64,000 nucleotides of DNA from an uncultured virus (IMG/VR IMGVR_UViG_3300021139_000004) (IMGVR_UViG_3300021139_000004), one strand, 5' to 3'; counted from the first letter of the stretch, positions 18,592 through 29,641 are shown. Numbers and translations are program-made. Notes: generated from the sequence alone by a model not told the origin.

Positions 18592-20212
18592 GGGTTATAA
18601 CGGTAATAGAAATCTCAAGAAAGCTAACCAAGCCATTGAGTGGACTCCCGAACTTGTTTCAGAATACATAAAGTGTTCTGAAGACCCGATCTATTTCATA
18701 GAAACTTATATGAAGATCATCAACATCAACGAAGGTTTGGTGAGCTTCAAATTATATGACTATCAAAAAGAGATGGTCATTGCTATGAAAGAGAATCGTT
18801 TTAATATCATTGCTACTGCTCGTCAGGCAGGTAAGTCTACCGTTACTTGCGGATTCATTCTATGGTACATCATATTTCATACTGACAAGACAGTTGCTCT
18901 ATTGGCTAACAAGGGTGAAACTGCTAGAGAAATTCTGGGTCGTGTTCAATTAGCTTATGAACACTTGCCTCGTTGGCTTCAGCACGGTGTCAAAGAATGG
19001 AATAAAGGTTCATTTGAACTAGAAAACAATTCGCGTGTTATTGCGGCAGCGACTTCTAAAGACGGTATCCGCGGTTATTCTATCAACTTACTATTCATCG
19101 ACGAAGCTGCATTCATTGAGAACTGGGAAGACTTCTTTACTTCGGTCTATCCTACTATTTCTTCTGGTCTTGAGTCTAAGATAGTTTTAGTGTCTACACC
19201 AAACGGACTCAATCACTTTTATGCACTATGGGTTAATGCAAAAGACAATAAGAACGGCTATCATCCGATCCAAGTCATGTGGAATGCGGTTCCCGGACGA
19301 GACGAGAAGTGGAAGCAAGACACTCTAGCTTCTATGAACTTCGACACAGAGAAGTTTGAACAAGAATACTGTGTCGAGTTTATGGGTTCTTCTGGTACTC
19401 TTATTGCTGGTTGGAAGCTAAAAGAACTCGTACCTCAGATGCCTATCTTTAAAGAGAACGGTGTCTATCAATACGAACAAGTACAAGCTAATCATGCTTA
19501 TGCTATCATAGCGGACGTTTCAAGAGGCAAGGGTCTTGACTATTCAGCATTTCATGTGATAGACGTGACACAGATGCCATATAAGCAGGTATGTGTCTAC
19601 AGAAACAATACTATCACCCCATTAGACTATGCAGCTGTGATTCATAAGACGGCTAAGACTTATAACAATGCAACTGTCCTTGTTGAAATCAATGACATAG
19701 GTGAACAAGTTGGGCAGTCACTCAACTATGACTATGAATATGAAGGCGTCTTACAGACTGAAAGCGCAGGTCGTGCTGGCAAAAGAATCACACAGACTGG
19801 TGGTCCCGGTGTCGACTGGGGTATCAGAACTACTAAGATAGTGAAAAATTCAGGATGTTCTATCTTAAAACTTTTGGTAGAACAGAATCAACTTATCATT
19901 AATGATTTTTATACGATTGAAGAACTGGCCACTTTCTCGAGAAAGGGCCAAAGCTATGAAGCTGAAGAGGGTAAACACGATGACCTTGTAATGGGTTTAG
20001 TTTTGTTTGCATGGCTCTCAGATCAACAGTATTTCAGAGAATACACAGACATAAATACTTTACATAAACTTCGTGAAAAGACAGAAGACGAGATCATGGA
20101 AGAGATGCTTCCTATAGGTTTTGTCGTAGATGGCCGCGAAGAATATAGAGAAGAGCTCGAATTGCCCTCCAGCTGGATGTTTGTCTCTGATATAGAGAAT
20201 GAGTTTTTATAA
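18569..20212 (+). CDS. gp17: Terminase large subunit gp17
   Basis: RQAGKST Walker A, LFIDEAAF Walker B, STPNG, HDDLVM. Confidence 0.97.
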   Translation: MVDLSKLKGYNGNRNLKKANQAIEWTPELVSEYIKCSEDPIYFIETYMKIININEGLVSFKLYDYQKEMVIAMKENRFNIIATARQAGKSTVTCGFILWYIIFHTDKTVALLANKGETAREILGRVQLAYEHLPRWLQHGVKEWNKGSFELENNSRVIAAATSKDGIRGYSINLLFIDEAAFIENWEDFFTSVYPTISSGLESKIVLVSTPNGLNHFYALWVNAKDNKNGYHPIQVMWNAVPGRDEKWKQDTLASMNFDTEKFEQEYCVEFMGSSGTLIAGWKLKELVPQMPIFKENGVYQYEQVQANHAYAIIADVSRGKGLDYSAFHVIDVTQMPYKQVCVYRNNTITPLDYAAVIHKTAKTYNNATVLVEINDIGEQVGQSLNYDYEYEGVLQTESAGRAGKRITQTGGPGVDWGIRTTKIVKNSGCSILKLLVEQNQLIINDFYTIEELATFSRKGQSYEAEEGKHDDLVMGLVLFAWLSDQQYFREYTDINTLHKLREKTEDEIMEEMLPIGFVVDGREEYREELELPSSWMFVSDIENEFL

Positions 20213-20215
20213 ATA
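20208..20215 (+). promoter_or_regulatory. Late promoter TATAAATA upstream of gp18
   Basis: Exact T4 late consensus. Confidence 0.8.
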
Positions 20216-20259
20216 TCGCAGATCTATAGCATACATTTTCCACTGGAAGGAGAAATCAA

Positions 20260-22401
20260 ATGCCTTTTCAACTTAGCCCAGGCGTTAACGTTACTGAGAT
20301 CGACCTGACAACGGTCGTTCCTGCAGTCGCTACATCAACGGGCGCTATTGCCGGTGTCTTCAATTGGGGACCTGTCAATGAACGCGTTCTAATCGATAGC
20401 GAAACAAAGCTTGTCAATACTTTTGGTAAGCCTAATTCAAACAACGCCGAAACATTTTTCACAGCAGCAAACTTCTTGAGCTATACTAATAGCCTATATG
20501 TCGTGCGTACTGCTAATACTACAAATGCTTTAAATCCAAACACTGGTACAATGTCTGCTGTAGCTAACAACGGTGCAATTCTCAATCAGGCAAATGAAAC
20601 AGTAATCAATCATCATGATTTTGAATTAAGCTATAATCTAGCAGCAGGTATCAACACATTCGATGCGAATACTCGCTTCGTAGCACGTTGGCCAGGTGCT
20701 CTTGGTAATTCATTAAAAGTATCGATGGTCGATGCCACATCACAGTACATTTCAACTGTTTATATGGATGGCGGTCAGGTAAACAGCACTTATGCTAATG
20801 CTTCATTGACTTTCACTACATCTATTGGTTCTAATGCTATCATCATTACATGTACATCTACTCAGGGTAACGTAGCAGCAAACGTAGCAGCTTCAAATGC
20901 TTATCTCAACTATGCTGTAACTCAGTTCGCACAGTCTGATTATCTAACAATAGGCAATTCTTCTATCGGCACTGCATATATGCAGTTTGCTGGTAACAGC
21001 GCGATGTCTACAAATTCTACGACATCTTATTGCACGATTTACACTTATGACAACTATATGTTGAATCAGCCTTACATCGCTAATACGACACAAAATACAA
21101 CATTAAACCATCTTTGGGAATACTTTGATGTAATCGGTACACCTCCTGGTCAAACAGATTATCAAGCACAGTTTGGTAATACTTCTGCTCAAGATGGTGT
21201 TCACGTTGTAGTCGTTGATAGACTAGGTAAGTTTACTGGTGTTCCAGGCACAGTGCTTGAAACATATCAGAACTTATCTCGTGCTACAGATGCTAAGACA
21301 GTAGGCGGTCAATCAAATTACTACCAGACTGTAATCAATCAGAATTCACAGTATGTTTGGTCAGTTCGTGATCGTACTAATGCACCTTCAAATACTGCAG
21401 TCAATTTGGCAAATTCTACTTCTGCTAACGTTGCTCGCTATATCTTTAGTGGTGGCACAGACGGTTATTCAGAACAGACAGCTCCATTGTATGTTTTAAC
21501 TGATGGTTATGACATGTTTGCTTCTGCAGAAGACGTAGACGTTTCATTGATTCTTCAGGGTAAACCAACAAATGGTTCTGCAGTAGTCAATGGTATGACA
21601 GTTTCTAACTTCCAGTTAGCTAACTATCTCATCGATAATATCGTTGAAGATAGAAAAGATTGTGTAGTTTTCATTACTCCAGACGACGGTGCAGTAACAT
21701 CTAACTATGGCAATGAAGCTACAGCTCTTGTTAACTGGAGAAATGCAGTACATAGCAGCTCTTATGCAGTAATCGATTCTGGTTACAAGTATCAGTACGA
21801 TCGTTATAACGATGTATATCGTTATATTCCTACAAACGGCGATATTGCTGGTCTATGTGCTCGTACAGACAGCACACGTGATCCTTGGTGGTCACCAGCC
21901 GGTCTAAACCGTGGTCAGATCAAGAACATTGTAAAACTACGTTACAATCCAACTAAATCTGACAGAGATCTATTGTATCCAAACGGCATCAATCCGGTAG
22001 TAACTTTACAGGGTCAAGGTACTGTACTCTTCGGTGATAAGACTGCACAGTCTCATCCATCAGCTTTCGATCATATCAATGTTCGTCGCTTGTTCATTGT
22101 TCTTGAAAAAGCTATCGCTACTGCAGCTAAGTTTACACTGTTCGAATTCAACGATGAGTTCACAAGAGCACAGTTTAAGAACTTGGTTACACCATATCTT
22201 CGTGACGTACAGGGTCGTCGTGGTATTACAGACTTCTTAGTAGTTTGTGACGCTACAAACAATACGCCAGAAGTTGTTGATACTAACCAGTTTGTTGGAG
22301 ACATCTATATCAAGCCTGCAAGATCTATCAACTACATCCAGTTGAACTTCGTTGCGGTTGCTACAGGTGTTCAATTCTCCGAAGTCGTCGGACAGTTCTA
22401 A
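20260..22401 (+). CDS. gp18: Tail sheath protein gp18
   Basis: LSPGVNVTEIDLT, WWSPAG.NRG, INVRRLF, IKPARSINYIQLNF. Confidence 0.97.
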   Translation: MPFQLSPGVNVTEIDLTTVVPAVATSTGAIAGVFNWGPVNERVLIDSETKLVNTFGKPNSNNAETFFTAANFLSYTNSLYVVRTANTTNALNPNTGTMSAVANNGAILNQANETVINHHDFELSYNLAAGINTFDANTRFVARWPGALGNSLKVSMVDATSQYISTVYMDGGQVNSTYANASLTFTTSIGSNAIIITCTSTQGNVAANVAASNAYLNYAVTQFAQSDYLTIGNSSIGTAYMQFAGNSAMSTNSTTSYCTIYTYDNYMLNQPYIANTTQNTTLNHLWEYFDVIGTPPGQTDYQAQFGNTSAQDGVHVVVVDRLGKFTGVPGTVLETYQNLSRATDAKTVGGQSNYYQTVINQNSQYVWSVRDRTNAPSNTAVNLANSTSANVARYIFSGGTDGYSEQTAPLYVLTDGYDMFASAEDVDVSLILQGKPTNGSAVVNGMTVSNFQLANYLIDNIVEDRKDCVVFITPDDGAVTSNYGNEATALVNWRNAVHSSSYAVIDSGYKYQYDRYNDVYRYIPTNGDIAGLCARTDSTRDPWWSPAGLNRGQIKNIVKLRYNPTKSDRDLLYPNGINPVVTLQGQGTVLFGDKTAQSHPSAFDHINVRRLFIVLEKAIATAAKFTLFEFNDEFTRAQFKNLVTPYLRDVQGRRGITDFLVVCDATNNTPEVVDTNQFVGDIYIKPARSINYIQLNFVAVATGVQFSEVVGQF

Positions 22402-22428
22402 TAAATAAGAGGACAAGGAGTAAAACAA

Positions 22429-23025
22429 ATGGCTTCAGGTTTCAATATTAGTACATTCAAGTCAAGAGGTCTTACATCAGGTGGTGCAAGACCTTCCCTC
22501 TTCGAAGTGTATTTAACTATCCCGCCTTTCGTAGCAGCAGCTACAGGTTCGGATACAAAGTTCCGCTTTACCTGCCGTGCTGCTCAGCTGCCGGCAGCAA
22601 CGATCGGTACAGTCAACGTGCCTTACTTTGGTCGCACTATTAAGTTAGCTGGCGACAGAGTATTCGCTGACTGGACAGTAACAGTCATGAACGACGAAGA
22701 TTTCTTAGTTCGTTCTATGTTCGAAAAGTGGTCAAACGAACTCAACAAGCTTCAAGCTAACGTTCGTCAAACATATAACAGCGAAGCTGACTATAAAGCA
22801 GTTCTCAATGTTATTCAGTACAGTAAAGATGGCAACGTGATTCGTTCTTATGACATCATCGGTGCTTTCCCGACAACAGTAGATGCGATCACTCTAGACT
22901 GGGATACAACAAACCAGATCGAACAGTTTGGCGTAACATTCTCTTACGATTACTGGTTGCCGACAGAGGGTACTGAACTGGTTAACGCGTACTATGGTGA
23001 CGCAACCAGCCCAGTATCTACCTAA
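22429..23025 (+). CDS. gp19: Tail tube protein gp19
   Basis: GGARPSLF, GR.IKLAGDR.F.DW, F.VTFSYDYW. Confidence 0.95.
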   Translation: MASGFNISTFKSRGLTSGGARPSLFEVYLTIPPFVAAATGSDTKFRFTCRAAQLPAATIGTVNVPYFGRTIKLAGDRVFADWTVTVMNDEDFLVRSMFEKWSNELNKLQANVRQTYNSEADYKAVLNVIQYSKDGNVIRSYDIIGAFPTTVDAITLDWDTTNQIEQFGVTFSYDYWLPTEGTELVNAYYGDATSPVST

Positions 23026-23046
23026 TATCCGATATTGGTTATTGAT

Positions 23047-23072
23047 GGGGGAGCTCGTCTCCCCCTTTCTTT
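23047..23072 (+). terminator. Intrinsic terminator after gp19
   Basis: GGGGGAG-ctcgt-CTCCCCC followed by TTTCTTT. Confidence 0.75.
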
Positions 23073-23085
23073 GAAAGGAAAATAG

Positions 23086-24846
23086 ATGGCAGAATTATTC
23101 GGCTACGAGTTTAAACGTAAAGTAAAAGAAGACATATCACCGTCGTTTGCTCCTAAGGATCAAGAAGATGGTGCCGTTGTCGTTGCCGCGGGTGGATCGT
23201 TTGGCACTTACGTTGATCTCGACGGCACAGTTCGTACAGAAGCTGAACTCGTTACTAAGTATCGTGAAATGGCATTACAACCAGAATGCGATAACGCAGT
23301 AGACGAAATAGTAAACGAGATGGTCGCTTTAGACGAGAAAGAACTCGTTAAGATCGACCTAGACGAATTAGATATTCCTGACAATATCAAAAAAGCTATT
23401 AGAGAAGAGTTTAAGAACTGTCTTAATCTTCTTGATTTCCGTCGTCATGCTTATGAAATCATGAGACGTTGGTATATCGACGGTCGTCTATACTATCATA
23501 AGATCATCGACGAAAAAGATCCTAAAGCTGGTATCAAAGAATTACGTTACATCGATCCTCGTAAGATTAGAAAAGTACGTGAAGTCGTAAAGAAGAGAGT
23601 TCGTGGTGGTCAACAGGGTGATCCTGTCATGACTAAGACACAAAACGAATACTATATCTTTAACGATAAGGGCTTCAACTACGGTAATAAAACAGTTGGT
23701 CCTGCTACAGCTGGCTTAAAGATCGCGAAAGATACTATTCTTCATATCACTTCTGGTTTGACTGATACTAATGGCACTATGATACTTTCGTATCTACACA
23801 AAGCTATTAAAGCTCTCAATCAGTTACGTACTCTTGAAGATGCGCTCGTTATCTATCGTATCGCGCGTGCTCCAGAACGTCGTGTTTGGTACATCGATGT
23901 CGGTAACTTGCCTAAGATGAAAGCCGAACAATACATTAGAGACATGATGGTTAAACATAAGAATCGTCTGATCTACGATGCTGATTCTGGTAATATCAGA
24001 GACGATCGTAAGTTCATGACCATGTTAGAAGATTATTGGATAGCACGTCGTGAAGGCGGTAAGGGTACGGAAGTTACTACCCTTGCTGGTGGTCAAACAC
24101 TCGGCCAGATGGATGATGTTCTCTATTTCCAGAAGAAGTTTTATCAGACACTAAACGTGCCTGTCAACAGACTTAATTCTGACGCTTTGTTCTCGTTGGG
24201 TAGAGCTACCGAAGTTTCGAGAGACGAGTTAAAGTTCGCTCGTCTTATCAATCGTCTCAGAGGTAAGTTTGCCGAAATCTTTACTAAATTGCTTGAGACT
24301 CAACTCGTCTTAAAGCAAATCATGACGATCGAAGACTTTAATAATATTGCAGCCGACATCAAGTATGACTTTGCTAAAGACAACTACTTTGCAGAATTGA
24401 AAGACGGCGAGCTTATGGATAACCGTATCAATCTTGCTCGTAACATGCAAGATATGGTCGGTAAGTATTATTCACAAGAATGGTTACGTAAGAACATTCT
24501 TCAACAGTCTGAAGATGACATCAAAGAGATGGACGATCAGATCATTGAAGAGAGTGAATCCGGTGATCCTCGTTGGATCAATCAACAAGTCTTACAAAAT
24601 GAACAGATGGAGCAACAGCTTAATATGCCTGTTGGTCCAGACGGTAATCCAATTCAGGGTGAAACAGATCAACAACCTGCATCTGGCGATGATGACGTAG
24701 CTGTCACACCAGAAACAGATGAAAAGACAAAGAAGCTACAGAGTGCTAAAGCAACGTATGATCTATTGTCACAGAAGAGAAATAGATCACTTTCAGACGA
24801 AGCAAAGCTTAAATCTGCAGCTCAAATTCTAGCTAAGAATAAATAA
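23086..24846 (+). CDS. gp20: Portal protein gp20
   Basis: WYIDGR, YRIARAPERRVWYIDVGNLPK, MLEDYW. Confidence 0.97.
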   Translation: MAELFGYEFKRKVKEDISPSFAPKDQEDGAVVVAAGGSFGTYVDLDGTVRTEAELVTKYREMALQPECDNAVDEIVNEMVALDEKELVKIDLDELDIPDNIKKAIREEFKNCLNLLDFRRHAYEIMRRWYIDGRLYYHKIIDEKDPKAGIKELRYIDPRKIRKVREVVKKRVRGGQQGDPVMTKTQNEYYIFNDKGFNYGNKTVGPATAGLKIAKDTILHITSGLTDTNGTMILSYLHKAIKALNQLRTLEDALVIYRIARAPERRVWYIDVGNLPKMKAEQYIRDMMVKHKNRLIYDADSGNIRDDRKFMTMLEDYWIARREGGKGTEVTTLAGGQTLGQMDDVLYFQKKFYQTLNVPVNRLNSDALFSLGRATEVSRDELKFARLINRLRGKFAEIFTKLLETQLVLKQIMTIEDFNNIAADIKYDFAKDNYFAELKDGELMDNRINLARNMQDMVGKYYSQEWLRKNILQQSEDDIKEMDDQIIEESESGDPRWINQQVLQNEQMEQQLNMPVGPDGNPIQGETDQQPASGDDDVAVTPETDEKTKKLQSAKATYDLLSQKRNRSLSDEAKLKSAAQILAKNK

Positions 24847-24859
24847 TTGGAGATGAACA

Positions 24860-25111
24860 ATGACTGACACACAACACACTATACAAGATCTGATCTCAAC
24901 TGCTTATGAACAAAAGCCAGTCGAATTTCAGGATACATTCAACGACTTGATGCTGGACCGTCTTGCGGCAGCAGTAGACGCTAAAAAGTTGGAAGTAGCC
25001 ACAACGATGTTCGGTGATCAAGCAGGCAGCGAAGACTATGCAGATGTAAACGTAGAAGTTGATGCGGTCGAAACAGAACAAGAGGAACAGCAAGATGGCG
25101 AAACCGCTTAA
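24860..25111 (+). CDS. Probable prohead core protein (gp67-like)
   Basis: Small acidic ORF between gp20 and gp21. Confidence 0.6.
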   Translation: MTDTQHTIQDLISTAYEQKPVEFQDTFNDLMLDRLAAAVDAKKLEVATTMFGDQAGSEDYADVNVEVDAVETEQEEQQDGETA

Positions 25112-25994
25112 AGATATTCTAAAGCAAGCTCATGATAGAATCAAGGGCGTGCACGCTGCGCAGACATCTGCTGGCTCATTGGGTAAAGATCCGGGAGTCG
25201 ATTATCAACCTAAGTCGGGTGACGAAGATGAATTCGTTGCTAAGCATAGTGTTGAAAGATGGGATGAACCAGAAGGTAATCCTGATCATAGCAAGAACGT
25301 AAAGTATTCTTTAGACACACCACAAAATTCTCGTATGGGTAATAATCACGAAAAGTCAAAGAAAGATTATTTCGTTCCCGTAAAAGAATCAGAAGATGTT
25401 AAGTGCAATCACACACCTAAGGGTAAAATGTGCCCTGTTCATGGTATGTTAGAGTGCTGGTCAGCGAAGCCAATTAAAGAAGTATCAAAAGTAAATGAAG
25501 TACTAACAAAGTCAACGACAGCTGGCGAAACAATTCACGATTTCGTTCATTCAAAGAATCCTAAGTTTGCTGGTAAGTCAAAAGAGAAGCGTAAGCAAAT
25601 GGCTCTCGCTGCTTACTATGCAAAGCAGAACGAAGAAGTTAAAGAAGATCTCGCTATGCCTCTTCTTGGTTCAGTGCACGGTTCTTCAGATATTGCAAAA
25701 TATAAGACAGACGATACGGGTGCAGAGATCGATATGGTTCGTACAGAACTAAAAGCGATCGCTAATAAGACTATGCACATGCTTTCAAATATGCCAGCTG
25801 ATAAACACATTGAACCTTGGGTTCAAGCTAAAATTGCTGCTGCTAAAGAAATGATCGGTGCAGTACATGATTATATGGTATACAGCGATCATGAAGAAAA
25901 TGAAACAACTGATACACCAATGCAGATGCCTTCAAATCCTTCATATTCAGCACCAGATTTTTCAGCAGATGTTAATTCAGGAGTTAATGTATGA
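25095..25994 (+). CDS. Probable internal head/prohead core protein
   Basis: Charged, K/E-rich; motif IHDFVHSKNPKFAGKSKEKRKQMALAAYY; position between gp20 and gp21. Confidence 0.55.
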   Translation: MAKPLKDILKQAHDRIKGVHAAQTSAGSLGKDPGVDYQPKSGDEDEFVAKHSVERWDEPEGNPDHSKNVKYSLDTPQNSRMGNNHEKSKKDYFVPVKESEDVKCNHTPKGKMCPVHGMLECWSAKPIKEVSKVNEVLTKSTTAGETIHDFVHSKNPKFAGKSKEKRKQMALAAYYAKQNEEVKEDLAMPLLGSVHGSSDIAKYKTDDTGAEIDMVRTELKAIANKTMHMLSNMPADKHIEPWVQAKIAAAKEMIGAVHDYMVYSDHEENETTDTPMQMPSNPSYSAPDFSADVNSGVNV

Positions 25995-26257
25995 CCGAAT
26001 TTGTAAAATCAATTGGCACAGAACAATTTTGTAATTCTACAGCAAATACTATTAGTGGTGCTAGATTTGTTCGTCTGTTAAATTCAAATACAACTACAAC
26101 ATTTCTTATTACTCGTGCAAATACTACTGCCAATGTAGGAACATTTACAATAGGTGCAGGACAAACTGTAGTAACTGAAAAGTATTTCACAGAAACATTA
26201 GTTGCAAATACAGCGACTAATGTTATCTTTGCTGCACCAGTAGCATTTAAGGGATAA
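25991..26257 (+). CDS. Small hypothetical (virion-region) protein
   Basis: 88 aa, overlapping stop/start in the head operon. Confidence 0.65.
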   Translation: MTEFVKSIGTEQFCNSTANTISGARFVRLLNSNTTTTFLITRANTTANVGTFTIGAGQTVVTEKYFTETLVANTATNVIFAAPVAFKG

Positions 26258-26261
26258 TAAG

Positions 26262-26930
26262 ATGAAACTCATCACCGAACTCTATGAGAATATGGAATAC
26301 ATCACCGAAGCAAAAGAGAGCGGTGAAAAAGACCATTATATCAAGGGTATCTTTTTACAAGCTGGTATCAAAAATAGAAACGGTCGCATATATCCATTAA
26401 ACATTATGGAAAATGCAGTGAATCGTTATGTAAATGATGTAGTAAAAAATAATCGTGCATACGGTGAATTAGGTCATCCTCAGGGTCCATCTATCAATCT
26501 TGATCGCGTTTCACATATCATAACAGAACTTTATCGTGACGGTGATAACTTCATCGGTAAAGCAAAGTTGACTGATACTCCAATGGGTAATATAGCTAAG
26601 GGACTTTTAAAGTCTGGTGCTAATCTAGGTGTGTCTTCACGTGGTATGGGTACTCTAACACAGGGTAAAGACGGCGCGATGGTAGTAGGTGAAGACTTCC
26701 ATCTTGCTACAGCCGCCGATATCGTAGCCGATCCTTCAGCCCCTAATGCTTTCGTTAAGGGCATTATGGAGAACGTAGAATGGATCTATGATCCAGTCAA
26801 GGATACATGGCACGAAGAAAAATTACATGAAGTCAAGAAAACAGTTCATAAGATGTCAAAAAGACAGCTAGAAGAGAGCCAATTGCGTATCTTTGAGAGC
26901 TACGTAGAATCTTTGACATTTAAGAAATAA
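26262..26930 (+). CDS. gp21: Prohead protease gp21
   Basis: NRNGRIYP, GELGHP, GVSSRGMG, DIVADPSAP. Confidence 0.96.
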   Translation: MKLITELYENMEYITEAKESGEKDHYIKGIFLQAGIKNRNGRIYPLNIMENAVNRYVNDVVKNNRAYGELGHPQGPSINLDRVSHIITELYRDGDNFIGKAKLTDTPMGNIAKGLLKSGANLGVSSRGMGTLTQGKDGAMVVGEDFHLATAADIVADPSAPNAFVKGIMENVEWIYDPVKDTWHEEKLHEVKKTVHKMSKRQLEESQLRIFESYVESLTFKK

Positions 26931-26934
26931 AACG

Positions 26935-26942
26935 TATAAATA
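26935..26942 (+). promoter_or_regulatory. Late promoter TATAAATA upstream of gp22
   Basis: Exact consensus. Confidence 0.8.
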
Positions 26943-26971
26943 CTAGTAAATTCCATAGGGGAGACCTTTAA

Positions 26972-28018
26972 ATGACTGATCAAGTAAAAAACGAAATTGA
27001 AGAAGGCACAATGGCTGCCGACTCTCTACATCCTGCAGCACGTCCAGTAACGGACGATCAAAAGTCAAAGTTCGAATATATCGCTCACATGATCGGCGCA
27101 ATGCATGCAATGCGTAAGGAAGATCTTGTTAAGTGGTTTAACGATCAGCAACATGTTTTTGGTCCTGGTAAAGACCACGGCGTAGGCGATAAGTCTGGTT
27201 CAAATCAATCTTCTGTTGATATGCACGCTTCTTATGCTTCACACTCAACTGGTCCTAAGACAAAAGATCCTATGCCAAAGCTTTCTGTTAGAGAAGATGT
27301 TGAAGAACTATTTGTTGGTTCAGATCTTTCAGAAGAATTCAAAGATAAGGCATCTACACTTTTCGAAGCTGCTATTACAGCTCGTGTAATTGCAGAAACA
27401 GCACGTCTTGAAGAAGAATTCGAAAAGAATCTTGAAGTAGCTGTTTCAGAAATCAACGAAGAACTTACAACTAAAGTTGATTCATATCTCGACTATGTAG
27501 TTGAGCAATGGATGGAAGAAAATTCAGTAGCTGTTGAATCAACACTACGTAACGAAATTATGGAAGAGTTCATTGGTGGCTTGCAAAAGCTCTTTACAGA
27601 ACACTACATCAACATTCCTGAAGATAAGGTCGACGTTCTCGAATCACTAGCTGATAAGGTAGAAGAACTCGAAGCAAAGCTTAACGAACAGTTTAATGAA
27701 AACATTGAGCTCAAGAAAGCTTTCGTAGACGTAGAAAAGAATCAAGTATTCGAATCTTATGTTGGTGAGCTAGCACTTAGCCAGCAGGAAAAATTCAAAG
27801 CTCTCGCTGAGAGCATTGACTTCGACGGCGACGTCGAAACATACGCCAAGAAGCTTTCCATCATCAAGGAAAAGTACTTCGCCAGCGAGAAGACTGCACC
27901 TGTTTCAACAAACATCGAAGAAGAAACTTTCGAAGCTGGTGAAACAGTAACTGAGACATTTACTGATCCTTCAGTAAACAGATACGTGCAAGCTATTTCT
28001 AGAACTCTTAAGAAGTAA
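26972..28018 (+). CDS. gp22: Prohead scaffold protein gp22
   Basis: LSEEFK.KA.TLFEAA, VDSYLDYVVEQW; coiled coil between gp21 and gp23. Confidence 0.93.
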   Translation: MTDQVKNEIEEGTMAADSLHPAARPVTDDQKSKFEYIAHMIGAMHAMRKEDLVKWFNDQQHVFGPGKDHGVGDKSGSNQSSVDMHASYASHSTGPKTKDPMPKLSVREDVEELFVGSDLSEEFKDKASTLFEAAITARVIAETARLEEEFEKNLEVAVSEINEELTTKVDSYLDYVVEQWMEENSVAVESTLRNEIMEEFIGGLQKLFTEHYINIPEDKVDVLESLADKVEELEAKLNEQFNENIELKKAFVDVEKNQVFESYVGELALSQQEKFKALAESIDFDGDVETYAKKLSIIKEKYFASEKTAPVSTNIEEETFEAGETVTETFTDPSVNRYVQAISRTLKK

Positions 28019-28062
28019 TTCTTAATAAATAATATACAACCAGAAACAAAAAGGAGACAAAA

Positions 28063-29496
28063 ATGTTTCTAGCTGAGGAAATCCAAAAGAAATGGGCTCC
28101 GGTCCTCGATCACGAGGCACTTGGTGCTATTAAGGACCAGAATCGTCGTTCAGTAACTGCTGTTGTTCTTGAAAACACAGAGCGTGCTCTTCGCGAAGCT
28201 GGTGCACACGGTCAGTTCCAGACTCTTACAGAATCACCATCTGCTGCTTCTGTAGTACCTGCCAACTATATGGGTGGTTCGTCTTCAACAGCGGGTTCAG
28301 GCGGTATCGATACATTCGATCCTGTATTGATCTCACTCGTTCGTCGTGCGATGCCTAACCTTATCGCTTACGACATTGCTGGCGTTCAGCCAATGACAGG
28401 CCCAACAGGCTTGATCTTCGCAATGCGTAGCAAGTACAATAACCAAGGTAACGGTACTTCTTCAACTTCTTATTCTGGCAACCAGGGTAACGAAACTTTC
28501 TACAACGAAGTTGATACAACATTCTCAACTGTTCCTGGCAACAACACAACTCAAGCTACAAGCTTTGGTTCAGGTAACAGCACAACTTCTGCATTCACAG
28601 GTACAATTCCTGGTGCAACAAACACTTCACCACTGTCAACAACTTATGCCTATAACACAGGTACAGGTATGTCAACAGCACAGGCTGAAGCGCTTGGCAC
28701 ATATCAGAACACTGACTTCGCTCAGATGGCCTTCTCAATCGAAAAGGTAACTGTAACTGCTAAGTCACGTGCTCTCAAGGCAGAATACACAATGGAACTT
28801 GCACAAGACTTGAAGGCAATTCATGGTCTTGACGCTGAGACAGAACTTGCAAACATTCTTTCGGCTGAAATTCTAGCAGAAATCAACCGTGAAGTTGTTC
28901 GTACAGTTAACATCACAGCTGTTGCAGGTGCTCAGGACAACACAACAACTGCTGGTGTGTTCGACCTCGATACAGACTCTAACGGTCGTTGGTCAGTTGA
29001 AAAGTTCAAGGGTCTTATGTTCCAGCTTGAACGCGAAGCTAACCAGATCGCTAAGCAAACCCGTAGAGGCAAGGGTAACATCCTCATCTGTTCATCAGAC
29101 GTTGCGTCTGCTCTTCAGATGGCTGGTGTTCTCGACTACACTCCTGCTCTTAACAGCAACAACCTTCAGGTTGACGATACAGGTAACACTTTCGCAGGTG
29201 TTCTCAATGGTCGCCTCCGCGTTTACATTGATCCTTATGCGATCGGTGGTAACTATCTCACAGTTGGCTATAAGGGTTCTTCAGCGTTTGACGCTGGTCT
29301 CTTCTACTGCCCATACGTTCCGCTCCAGATGGTTCGTGCAGTTGATCAGTCAAGCTTCCAGCCTAAGATCGGCTTTAAGACACGTTACGGAATGGTTGCA
29401 AACCCATTCGCAGAAGGTCTTAACAAGGGTTCAGGCGAGCTTCTTCTGTCAACAAACAAGTACTATCGCCGCGTGATCGTTAATAACCTGATGTAA
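28063..29496 (+). CDS. gp23: Major capsid protein gp23
   Basis: GVQPMTGPTGLIFAMR, SRALKAEYT.ELAQDLKAIHGLDAE, FYCPYVPL. Confidence 0.98.
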   Translation: MFLAEEIQKKWAPVLDHEALGAIKDQNRRSVTAVVLENTERALREAGAHGQFQTLTESPSAASVVPANYMGGSSSTAGSGGIDTFDPVLISLVRRAMPNLIAYDIAGVQPMTGPTGLIFAMRSKYNNQGNGTSSTSYSGNQGNETFYNEVDTTFSTVPGNNTTQATSFGSGNSTTSAFTGTIPGATNTSPLSTTYAYNTGTGMSTAQAEALGTYQNTDFAQMAFSIEKVTVTAKSRALKAEYTMELAQDLKAIHGLDAETELANILSAEILAEINREVVRTVNITAVAGAQDNTTTAGVFDLDTDSNGRWSVEKFKGLMFQLEREANQIAKQTRRGKGNILICSSDVASALQMAGVLDYTPALNSNNLQVDDTGNTFAGVLNGRLRVYIDPYAIGGNYLTVGYKGSSAFDAGLFYCPYVPLQMVRAVDQSSFQPKIGFKTRYGMVANPFAEGLNKGSGELLLSTNKYYRRVIVNNLM

Positions 29497-29538
29497 AATA
29501 TATATTTTTATAAAAAGACGGTTTCAAGCCGCAAACTT

Positions 29539-29565
29539 AACGGGGCCTTCGGGCCCCGTTTTTTT
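29539..29565 (+). terminator. Intrinsic terminator after gp23
   Basis: AACGGGGCC-TTCG-GGCCCCGTT followed by T run. Confidence 0.9.
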
Positions 29566-29641
29566 ATGTACAACTATAAAAAATACTGTATAATAGCTTA
29601 CAGCAGCTGTGATAAATATCTAGAACAAACTGGAGATATGC

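Noticed and set aside
28889..29476. 195-aa alternative-frame ORF within gp23
   Set aside because: Explained by strong codon bias of the capsid gene; no recognisable motifs or RBS
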